Source: Tubiluchus corallicola
Taxonomy: Eukaryota; Animalia; Priapulida
DNA: 64,000 nucleotides
Assembly (NCBI GenBank): GCA_030141605.1
Contig: JAQGDQ010002367.1
Span: forward strand, 558,001 to 622,000
Direction of reading: 5' to 3'
In this document: positions 51,650 to 64,000 of the stretch, piece by piece
Numbering within the stretch: position 1 is the stretch's first letter
Layout: each line of letters begins with the position of its first letter
The notes under the pieces: generated by a model
The model's input: the letters and a program-made list of their open reading frames with translations, nothing else
Databases searched by the model: none
Told to the model about the DNA's origin: nothing
Translations under genes and position numbers: made by a program

Positions 51650-54600
51650 TCAACTATTCAAAGAAGGTTTAACAAATGGCAGATAGGAAGCAAAAACCTG
51701 ATCAGAGGTGTCACATGAAAATGATCTTTTCCTTTTCCGATTTCTGTTCCCATGGTTTTCTTTTATTTGTGCACACTCACTACATGACTTACGGTGACAG
51801 TTAACGTTGTCCACTCTGACTAGAACAATTGGCTGTTTCTCATAGCTTTCTTCGGTAATTTGCTTTCCAACATTACCAAGGTCTAATTTATTTCTTCTAG
51901 AATCTGCAAAAGAATGAGTGTGAAAATTAAGACGTTTTTGACGTCAATGAATAAACTATATGCTGTTACAACTTATAAACTTAGCTTCTCTGGCCACAAT
52001 TTTTATTGACCAAAATTTTTATATTTATTAGAAACCATGTTAAGAATTGGCAAAATGTTATGAGTAGGCCTACAAAATGAAAAAAAAAACAAAGCAAACA
52101 GACTCAGTACATTTTTGTACTCTTTATAGAAGTGAGATGCTAGTAAATTCCATGTTTATGGTTCTATTCATTGAAAGACACAAAATAAATTACATTTTTC
52201 TTATCTTTGCAGCTAAAATATCATTGGCATCCCATGGACACACTTATTAACATGGGCACACCTATCAAAGAACACTTAAGATTATAATCAACTTACACCA
52301 TCGCCTGGCTGTACCATGAACATAAGCTTCTTGTTTGATGATGCTGTCATACCTTGACAGCCAAGATTCAACTAGATCCTTTGCCCATCCTTCATTGACA
52401 AATATTGCACTCTTATCAGCTGCATCACAACTTTTTAGACTCAAAGCACTTTTCAGACAATCTACTCCAATAACCTGAAAAGTTGAATGAAAAACATAAA
52501 TGATAAAACAAGAAAATGACTGACGCCTAGTGTCCTTGACCCCTTGATCATTGGTCAGAAGTCAAAACATTGCCATCGTTCTTCTACCCAGGGCTATAAG
52601 CCCTACAAGTTTCATGACCCCAGCTCACACACTTTTGACAAAACAACGAGGCACAAATAATAATAATAATAAACACGAAAAAATTCAGGAATGTTTGCAA
52701 TGGCAAATCTTGCTATTAAGAGTGCTTTTGTTTGCCAAACAGCTTTAAGATGCAAGATAGCAATGTCAGTTCCTTCCTTGCTCAAAAATGCTACCAATGA
52801 TTTTAATGTTAGTGGTTAGACAGATAACCTTTCTGCTTTTAAGTTATTTAAAGTATCAAAAAGATTCCTGTTTTGTATAAACAATCAAGTAAATACGTAC
52901 ACTTATACTTGTGCCAGTCAACTTTAAGCATGTTAGCTTCTCCCAAACAGTTAAGTATCTTACACACAAGTCAGTTAATCCTGCGTTGCCTAAAAAATCC
53001 ACAAGATATTCATTTATAGCATTATTGAAATTTCAGCAAGCCCCGAAATTTACGAAAAAATATCTATATAGAAAATTGTGGATGCACTGGTGCAAGATTA
53101 TAAAAATGCTTCTTCTTTTTTTATTACATATTGATATGTATCAGTCTAATAAAACAGAATATCAATATTTAGTATTCCTGTGTATTAAAATCTACTAAAG
53201 GAAAATCAGATTAAATCCCAAAACTGTATTAATTAAACACCAATTAAACTTGGTAGCATCATATTACCACATACCAGAAATGTATAGTAGCACCTTATAA
53301 TATACAGCTGGTCAGAGTAATAATAATAATGATGATGATGATGATAATAATAATAATAATCTTTTGGATGAACAATTAATATAACCTGAAAGAGCTGTAA
53401 ACAACAAACCTACAACTACATAACTTATATTATTATTACCCTGCTTTTACTCCAAATACCACATGCCAGGCATTCTTAAAACTTTCGGTATGAACTCAAG
53501 ACCTCCCAGATGGAAAGCAGACGCATTACCACTAGACTGTACCATCTGCAATGTTCTAATCTACCGGAATTTTCTAGTAAGCTACTAGTTTCTAATTCAA
53601 ATAACATGCTACATGTTAACTTAATAAAAAATTTAAAAAAATCTACAGCTAGTATGAAAGTCACGCATTGCCCATCTTGTATTACCCACAAACCACAGAC
53701 AAAACGATTAAGCTCCAGTATAGTCTTCCATACTTACTGCAAATATCTAAATATGTAATAGCACTTGGCCCAGAGTAGCCCATTCGCAAAGGAGTTGTTA
53801 GCTTTTGTATTCCTCTATCGCTCAGAGCAGTATCACAAAGGCACAAAGAAGTCAAACTGTAATATTATACATAATAGCAGAGTTAGCCAAATGTTCACAT
53901 ATGTATCCTTTTATTATTGATGCATTCTTCATTGCGACTACAGAAGTCTAAGTCTTCATACCCATTAGCCATTTTAGGCTTCATAAATAAACACTATAAT
54001 CGATCAAAAACATTCAGCATTTATTGCAATAAAAAAATCGCTTAACAAAAACAAAACTTAAGCTACTATGACAACAATTTTACTGTGAACAGACGCGTTA
54101 TTCACATAATTTACAGTTGAACCTTCGAAACGTACATACAGCAATGCATTTTTAATTTTATATTGCATTTCTAGGATTATTCCTTATCATATCAAGAACT
54201 TGAGAATATGTCTTGCCATTTCATAGTTGATATGTGAGTAATGATATCATGACTGTCCCCAAACTGACAACCTGCGACGTTGAGTTCTGTCAAATACTTG
54301 AATTCTGCCAACTGATCTAAATATTCATCTATTACAAGAAGACGTGAGCTGAGGTTCAATTTGCTGAAAAAAAGACAACCAAAATCTAAACAAAATGTTA
54401 GATAACCAGTGCAATGCATACATTAAACTTTTACAAACAAGAAAAGAAACACTTGTGCTATGTGTTTGGACTTGGTTCTCCGACTTGAATTTATATATCT
54501 AATTGCACATTTGCTAATTGCATGTGATACTCGGATTGTGAGTACTGGCCATATTGGAATTAGCCAAACGGGTTTCTCTATGGATTTCCTCAAAAAAAGA

Positions 54601-55915
54601 TAGAGGGGGGAGAAGTTTACAATTCCCCACACAATTTAAATGCACAAACCCTAACCCTTTCCTAACAATAACCCCAGATCATAATGCGCCAACATTTTTA
54701 AAGAAAATTACTAGAGTAGTGATGATACACAATTGCGGCTATACTGGAAAGTGAAAAAAATGGTCTCTGTCATAGTCTGCAGAATAGTCCACTGTTACTT
54801 TATGGTAAATTCTAACCTCCTACGATGAAGTTATAGGTACTGAAATCATGCCTTACCTTAACAACTGTTCTGCATATGCATCTGAAAATAATCGCAGACA
54901 TTTCTGGCATAGTTGGTCAGGACAGGACATTATTCCTGATTTGACGGCAACATTAAATATGTCCTTACCTGCCTAATATAACAATGTTTTGTAAATGAGA
55001 TTTAGAATAGGGGGCAATGTGAAAGTTTGTTATGGCAGTGAAAACTTACATCGAAAGCCAAATACCCAAAACAGCCTGCACTTTTTTGTAGCTGTAAGTA
55101 TGTAAGTTGAACTCATAAAGGAGATAAGCAAAATTATTAATCTGCTGAAATTTACCTATGCTGACAGAAAATAATAAAAAAATAATCTGGTAATACAACC
55201 TTTAATTTTTTCAAACATGGATGCAACTTAGTCTGGTGAACTAAGATACTTGAAACTAAAAGGCAATACGAAGGCATTAATTTCGCACAAACTTTCCTCT
55301 AAGTCTTCATTAATAATAGCCGTTTGGAATTTTATTATAATGTACACAAAAATAACAGATAAAAAAATGACAAAAACACTTCCAGTAAAGAGACTATTGC
55401 AAGCAGGAAATTACTGTCCCTGTCCAGCAAAGTTCTTACTGTGAAACAATGGAAAGCATCATCATCATCATAGTTCATTATGAAATTGTCACAGATCAAG
55501 CAGCTGCATAGCAAATTTATATACAAAAGCAAATTAGGAAGAAAGGTAAACTCAATCAAATACGTGATTTCTGTAAATTAACTGGTTTGCTATTTTTATC
55601 ACATGCTTCAATGACATCATCAAGTATACTCTCCAAGTGCCTATAACTGGTTTCCTTTCATTGATAAATGACCACCGATCAGCTCTTGCATGCACTCTAG
55701 TAAACATATATATATGCACAGAATAAATGTCAAAAATAAATAAGTGCAACTTAAAAAAATATCGACTGTAAGAGATTTAATTACAACGTTGCTCAACCTA
55801 CCCGATCAGGAAAGCCAATTAATGAGTCAATGTGAATGGCATTTAAACCAGCAAATTCAACTGCTGTTGAGTACAAGCTACAGGGACTGTATTTTACCTC
55901 CATTCTGTCAGACAT
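51650..55915 (-). CDS. LRRC42: Leucine-rich repeat-containing protein 42-like, ~338 aa; exons 55802-55915, 54857-54972, 54217-54363, 53738-53856, 52901-52989, 52297-52474, 51650-51903
   Basis: HIDSLIGFPD, LRLFSDAY, LTELNVAGCQFGDSHDII, LSDRGIQKLTTPLR, LDICSNAGLTD, LTGT, NEGWAKDLVESW and a basic RKRKR tail align in order with LRRC42 as I recall it. One intron requires a GC donor. The start codon is uncertain. Confidence 0.85.
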
Positions 55916-56593
55916 TTGGTCATTTCAAACTGTAAAACAACTTGAAAAAACATATCGAGATACAGCTGATTGATAATTTGACTCTGCATTGAATATAACT
56001 TCAGCCTGTTTCTGAGAAATACGACACAATGTTGGAAAGTAAGTAAATGCAATTATGCAATTTATGGAAACATTGAAAAAGTATGCAGTTAATATTAACG
56101 AGTTAAAATATAGGTTATGGAACAATATTTAAGTAGCACACAGATATTGTTTACCTGGTAATTTGAAACGATACTGATTATGATATGACAACATGCATTT
56201 ATCATTAATGGCAAGAACCAGAAGTAAAGCTTGTCTGCACATCTGCATAATTGAAAAAAACGAACAAAAACAAGAGTATTAGGCAGTCTACAAAGGAACA
56301 AATTGTGTAAAATGAAATGACAGTAGAATAGAAATGACAGATAAACAAATGTTCAAAAAGACAGGAAGAGAGAGTTGGGAATATTCCATTAAGTGAGATC
56401 AGAAAGTGCTCTAGATTCTACTTGGGCACACAAGGTTATGATTGCTATGTCACACAGGAACAACATGTAAGTAGCAGACAGATATTGTTTACTTGCTGAT
56501 TTTGAAATGGTAAACATTATACTAGCTTTTTACATTGAGGGGTAATGAGTTTTACAGTTTAGGTCCCCTATAGCTAATGAAATGTTTTGCAAT

Positions 56594-56680
56594 ACAGTAT
56601 AATCCGCTTCTAACGAGTTTCAAGGGACTGTGAAAACGTGCTCACTTTAATGGAGTCTTGTTATAGCCGAGGTTAATTGT
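56594..56680. mobile_element. Tc1/pogo-like MITE remnant
   Basis: TA-CAGT start with inverted ..aacgag / ..ttgttatagccgaggtt ends. Confidence 0.35.
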
Positions 56681-58490
56681 CTGAGAGTATACACAAGATT
56701 GAAATGAAACCTATAAGGTGGATTTAATGTCATGATAAAAAATATTTTCTTTTGAGACTGGCACAAGTTTCTTAACCTAGGATTACATCAATATTTTATG
56801 CAAATCCCTGCACAAAACCACTGTGGGAGTTGCTTTTCTAAGTTATACCACTGCTGTGATTCATTTTGTCATCTTCTGACAGCTGAGTGTGTTTTTAAGT
56901 GGGTTTACAGTATAGTTATTTAGCTGCGTCCCTGGATGTCTGATGGGTGGAAACTGAAAAACATGACTAGTTGTTATCAGTTTAATCGTAGTGTAGACAC
57001 CAACATGTCTGTTTTTTACTTAAATAGCTGTGCAAGTACAATATGATTTATGATTACGAACGTTTCTGCATGGACATATGTTAGCTAATAACTAAGCCTA
57101 CAATCTGAATATGATAGCTAGCCTATGTATGAATTGCTTAATGTAAAATCATTCGGAATTATTTAGTTTGCAAAACAGCACAGTTAATTTTTTACAAACT
57201 TGTTTATTTTTGCCTGGTTCACATTAAATTGCATCAGCTTTGTTCAAGAGGTTGCCTAGTTTTGAAAGGTATGTCATTATCAGTTACCAGGTGAAAACAC
57301 AAAAAATGCTGAAGTTTAGCAAAGGCTTCAACTGCATCACTCATTCTAACATGCTGACAAACTGGTAATTTTTCTGCATCTGAATCACTAGGCCCACTTC
57401 ATTTTGACTTTGTTACAATTACAGCAGCGCAACTGATGCAGGCCTACTAGGGCCGTCCGCAAGTGCTGTACTTGATACACATTGTTTTGTGCATGATCAG
57501 TAAATTAATCCCTACCGGATACGGTGACCTTTTTGTCATTGGCAAGTGGTGCCGATTTGCCATAGCCAATTATTTTGGAACTCGTGCTCATGTTACAATC
57601 ACGGGGCGGTAAAATTCCCTCATAGTAAGCAAGATCTTGTAATATCGTGCTCGCTGTAAGCAAGGTTTAAATACATTATTTAAGCCTAAGGTTAGATGGG
57701 ACTTTGAAAATTTATTTGTAAAAAAACCAGAGGCTCATTATAACAGGCCTCATCATAAGTAGATTATACTGCATTGGTTCTACAGTAATGGAGATGGTAG
57801 CCATTATATCTAGTAGTGTGTGATTTGACATTCTTAATTGCAGGATTCTTGAAGTATGTAGGGAGTAGATCACTGTTAGTTTTGTAAACAAAAACAGTAC
57901 AATATAAAAGCAAATTTTGCTAAAATATAAAATATAAATATAAATGTTACATAAAAACAAATTAATCATACAAAAATTTGTACTGTTTTGCTAAAGATGA
58001 AGAATAGATGTTACGTTACTCTTTATTTTCAATAAACTTTCAACACTCTAACCACTCTAATTGTTATACTTTTATCAGATCTTTTTGGCAAAGGTTTACT
58101 AATTATCATTGCCTTGCCACCCTATCACTCCATTTAGCTCAATAATTAACTATGTGTAGTTCTACATACTGAGAAGCTGAACAATGGTTAATGATGGCAG
58201 CTGTAAAAAAATTCTTGATACTGAAGGTTAAATGCTTTGAAAACATTGTAGTACAATACTTCTGTTTTTTTTTGATACCAGAACTAACATTTGTAGGTGG
58301 CGACACCAATACTGGATACATTTTTCTGAAACATAAAGTTTCCAGGCAAAAGAATGTGACATGATTTATTAAACAAAAAAAATTACAGTTAGTTAGTTTG
58401 CTTTCAACTGGTATTGATTTGCAGAAATTCGGGTTTCAAGAAGCCATAAAGTAACTTATTTCACTGAACGATGGAAAGTAATCTAATAAT

Positions 58491-59390
58491 TTATACGGGA
58501 CAATCTTCAGGAGTGACATCCTGGGACATGGGCTTAATGGCATGTATAGCATAATTAATACTACAATCACGAATCCATGACCAACGATTAATCAATGGAT
58601 TGTACATCATTCCATGCACAAGACGGACAATGCATCCATTAGTCTCAACCATCTTTTTCAGTTCAGACACAGAAACAAATTTTTCCCAATCATGTGTTCC
58701 AGGTGGTAAATAGTTCAGCATTTCCGCCAACTGAACAGCAAAAACTTTTGACAAAAATGTTCGATTGACAGTTGTAAAAAACAGTGACCCGCCAGGCTTT
58801 ATAAGGTCACAGCAAGACTGAACGAAATAATCCTGTTCTCGAACATGTTCCACTACTTCAGATGCTACAACAGCATCAAAAGATTCTGGAAGTTCTTCTG
58901 CTAATATTTCGGCAGTGCTATGTTGATACTGAATTCTATTAAAAATTGATGGATCAAACTGTGCATGATAATTTGCAGCAGTAATGCTATCCTCGACTGC
59001 ATCCAATCCAGTGACTGAAGCGCCTAGTCTTGCCAATGGTTCTGTAAGAATGCCAGCCCCACAACCAACATCTACAATAGCTAAATCTTTTAAAGGCTGA
59101 GACGGAAATTTTGGCATTGAGCCACTTAACACACCATCTCTTATTAATGGCACTCTTAGTCTGTTCATAGAATGCAAAGCCCGTAAAGAGCCATTTTCGT
59201 CCCACCAATTCTCAGAAAGTTTCCTAAAGTTGCGTAATTCAGCATCATCAGTAGTTAACTTTTGGTCATCAAAGGTGAAATATTTTGCTGATGTGCAAAA
59301 ACAAAATAAATTAGTTTTTGGAAATTGCAAGTGTCTAAAAAACAACTTCACACAGCACGAAAAACGAAATGCCTTTGATGTGTGAATCAT
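58491..59390 (-). CDS. COQ3: Ubiquinone biosynthesis O-methyltransferase, mitochondrial (299 aa, single coding exon)
   Basis: Intact ORF with WWDENG..LHSMNRLRVPLIRD, SAM motif I DVGCGAG, FDAVVASEVVEHV, GTHDWEKF and INY, plus a basic/hydrophobic N-terminal presequence. Predicted 5'UTR intron 59433-59717. Confidence 0.96.
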   Translation of the reverse strand: MIHTSKAFRFSCCVKLFFRHLQFPKTNLFCFCTSAKYFTFDDQKLTTDDAELRNFRKLSENWWDENGSLRALHSMNRLRVPLIRDGVLSGSMPKFPSQPLKDLAIVDVGCGAGILTEPLARLGASVTGLDAVEDSITAANYHAQFDPSIFNRIQYQHSTAEILAEELPESFDAVVASEVVEHVREQDYFVQSCCDLIKPGGSLFFTTVNRTFLSKVFAVQLAEMLNYLPPGTHDWEKFVSVSELKKMVETNGCIVRLVHGMMYNPLINRWSWIRDCSINYAIHAIKPMSQDVTPEDCPV

Positions 59391-59866
59391 ATTTACTTCA
59401 ATTCTTTACTTAAGCGCTGTTCAGAAATACACCTGTCAAACGAAACGAAGCAAAAATAAATTTATCACATTGTAACAGCATTATGGTAAAAAGGGCTCCT
59501 GAAGATATCGGTAACCAAATTCAATGGTAATAGCTTCTGGCCAAGCAATCAGATAATGCTTTCATCATCAAACTATACAGATCATGAAACTCAGTCACTC
59601 CAGAAACTTAAAATGTCACCATATACAAGTCGAAATAAAAAACCGATTGTGCGATTGAATTACACGTCTACGTTCAGCATAAATAGACAAATTCATAATA
59701 ATCAAAACACAACTTACATGACATTAAATTACAAATTCTTTAGGAAACTTATAATTACATGTTAGGAGCGGAGTAGGACACTAGCCAAAGTTGGACAATT
59801 GGCGTACATGGGCTAGCCCAAGTAAGACGCGTCGTGCATAGGCTGCCCAAATAAGACACTAGAGAG

Positions 59867-60226
59867 TAGGGGTGAGCATTCTCTACCAGAAAGCGGATTC
59901 GATCGAACCGAATTTGTGGCTTTCGAATTCGAATCGAACTTCAGTGTTTCGAATTAGAACCGACTTTGAATTGAGATTGAAAGATTTTCGAACAAGTTTT
60001 CGAACCACCAGTAAAAATTAGTCTTACAAAGATCATGCATATCACTTTTAAAATTGGGCACAGAAATCACAGCTAAATTATGTTAATTGCATGATGTTTC
60101 AATCGTTTTAGTGATAAAGAACATATGTGATTGAAGTGTTGAATTATTCGAACCTATAGTTTTGGATTCGAATCGAGTTCGAACTAAAAAACTCGTTCGA
60201 ACTCGAACGTTCGATGCTCACCCCTA
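59867..60226 (+). mobile_element. hAT-type MITE rich in TTCGAA/TCGAA repeats, copy 2, between COQ3 and the SRR-like gene
   Basis: Perfect TIR taggggtgagcat ... atgctcaccccta; internal sequence is colinear with 45153-45520. Confidence 0.85.
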
Positions 60227-60974
60227 CTAGACTAGAGACAGGTCACGAATTGAGTCGTTAACTGTATTGGCAACGTCTGTTGTCCTTGTTTATTTAATAA
60301 TAATAATTGCAAACGTCAATACATGTTGAAGAATTGATAAAATGAAAAAATCTTATTTTGAGCTACTAGAACGGCCAATTATAATTTGGCTTCGATGTTA
60401 ATATTTTTGAAGTGAAATAAGCCCGCTTTTTAGGTGATTCCAATATTTGTTTAAGGTATGTCGTTTTTTATTTTGTCTTGCTTCAGGGACAGGTGATCAG
60501 TTTACTACCTCTTGGACAAATAATTATTTTCTACTAAGTGAATGGGCTAGCGAGCTGTGTGCCCTACATAGTTTCTCTCGTTAAAACATTAAATACTTAG
60601 TATAAGGTTATGATGATATTAATGGAGCTAATAATAATAATGTTGATATTATTGTAAAAATACATTTGTAAATTGCGAAGGATCATCCATCATTATTATA
60701 TAGTTACTTTCTTTCTAAAACGAATTTAGTTTTATATGTCATAATTCTCGATTCTCGACAAAAATCGCCAGTGCCCTTTTTGAGCTGCCCATGTACGCTT
60801 GTCCGCAAATTTAGCACATGCGGTTTGCGGAAGTGTCATACTTTGGCTAGTGGCGTATCCCGCGCCCTACTTTGCCCTATGTAGCTAATGCGGGTAATTT
60901 TCGCTTTTTATTTGCCATTGCACATGATTGACACGCTTAGATGACCCATGTTGCCTGGTTATAATTTTGTGGAT

Positions 60975-61388
60975 GCGAACAGCAGAAGGAAATTGAAGCT
61001 TTTCAAAGACGTATCTACAGAAAACGCCGGAGACAGAATATCTAATCATGATCTGTATGATGTTGTGAAAGAGAGGACCCTTGAAGTAAACAAATCCAAG
61101 TAGATTGCATTGGATTGGGCATGCACTAAGTTTACCTCAAGAATCTCCTCTTCCTGTACTAACTGCATTACGTAGAACTCTTGAAACGACAAAAAATTGA
61201 AGAGAGTCAGCTACGTACGTATATAGAAACACTGCAAGAAGATTTTTGGCAAATACCGTAGATTTGAGGGATGATGCATCGTGGGTAGGCCCTAGTGAAG
61301 GCTGACAATAGCACCTGACATCGGCAGGTAGAACATTCCATGCTTTAAAACAGAAGCACACAGATGATGATGGTGATGATGACGATGT
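60975..61388 (+). mobile_element. Decayed RTE-type LINE 3' end
   Basis: KEIEAFQRRIYRK..ISNHDLY..LHWIGHALSLPQESP..YIETLQED, then a (GAT)n tail. Confidence 0.7.
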
Positions 61389-62175
61389 TGCGATTACTCA
61401 GGAAAAGCAGATTGACATTTGACACATTTCATAGAAGTCTCCTAAGGAAAGTTTTAAAGATAAGCATGGTCTTCTAAATTAAATTTCAAAAATCAAAATT
61501 ATGAACTAGAACAAAAAAATTCCTTTTAGTTCAAAAGTCAAACTCCAAATATTGAGATAGCTAGGCTGTATTCTCAGTATACTGAGTGAAACACCAATGA
61601 ATCGCCTTAGAACATGCTTTAAAACCTTGCAAGCCAAAAACAACTGGTATAATTCAGTTAAGTAAAAATGTTCAACAACTTTAACCAAATCTAGTTTTAG
61701 GAGCCACAGGAAGTTACACTGTAAGTGCACTTGTAGAGTTTAAGTGGGCTTTTCTCCCACAAATTAATGATAGCTTTACATTTGACCTTGCACCCATATT
61801 TCAAACCTATTATAACTGTCGCCTTAAAACAATGGAGACTTTCCTGCTGTACGTGTTTATCAAAATTAAGAATTAAATTGAATGAGGATTCAGTCGAAAA
61901 AACTTTGTGAGCCATTACAAATTCTTTACAAAGAATTTGAATAAAGGCATGTTCATTGGTCATTGATCAGTAAAGTTCAAAACAGAAGACTAGGCCTAAT
62001 ACACCTTGCCTACATAGCTATAGGACTGTATTGCAATAAAACTGTTGACTTGGCATTGCCACACTCTTTCTTTTGCATTAATAGACACATGCCTACAAAC
62101 CGTCAATGTATAAAGACGATATGTGAGACATTCAGTGCATTGCATTTTTCACACTTGTTCTGTCTAGGTCACAAA

Positions 62176-63616
<1,441 letters not shown>

Positions 63617-64000
63617 GTATTTTAAATTTTAGAAAATAATAACCAAGTCTGTTCATGATTTACCATTCTGAAACTTGATTTACTAGTTGTAGTAGGCTGT
63701 GTGATGAACATCGTAGTGTGTGTGAAACTAGATTGAATTGGGCCGGCCAAGTGGGGGAAGACAGAAGAGACTGGGTTAGTACAGTCTGGTACCAGAGTCA
63801 TGAGACTAGATGGTATTGTACTGTCTAGTACTAATAAGTTTAGAATACCATCATTTTGTATGCATACGGAAACTCGTTAACTAATTTATATTTAACTTTC
63901 AGTGCAGTCAGTCATTTGAAAGGTAGTATAGAATAAATACTGTAATGTGTGTGAATTTGATCGGAATTAATTAAAAGAACTGAGTGCTCATTTGTTTCCC

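Noticed and set aside
55800-55930. LRRC42 as a frameshifted pseudogene
   Set aside because: Careful reverse-complementing shows a continuous frame (EFAGLNAIHIDS), and all later exons are intact and in phase.
61963-62175. N-terminal extension of the SRR-like ORF in the track
   Set aside because: It lies upstream of an acceptor (tctag| at 62167), and family similarity starts at the ATG at 62176.

Overview
AT-rich, intron-containing genomic DNA from an invertebrate animal (species not determinable). There are no prokaryotic features and no CRISPR array. The ORF track mostly shows noise because the real genes are split into short exons. Reading splice sites and frames by hand gives seven protein-coding genes: (1) a TEL/Yan-type SAM-PNT gene (-), which may encode a ~98-aa PNT-only protein with no ETS domain; (2) a 428-aa cuticlin-like ZP-domain membrane protein (-, 9 coding exons); (3) a 269-aa tetraspanin (+, 9 coding exons); (4) PCTP/STARD2 (+, 6 exons, with a likely U12 minor intron); (5) LRRC42 (-, 7 coding exons, with a GC-AG intron); (6) COQ3 (-, intronless CDS); (7) the 5' part of a serine racemase/dehydratase-family gene (+) with Cys at the position of the Ser84 catalytic base. 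Introns and intergenic DNA hold decayed LINEs, hAT and other MITEs, fold-back elements and micro/minisatellites. The most notable items are the possible PNT-only gene, a transposon-filled head-to-head promoter between COQ3 and the racemase-like gene, a minisatellite whose last unit forms a splice acceptor, and the minor intron. All gene models are manual predictions and need RNA-seq or homology confirmation.
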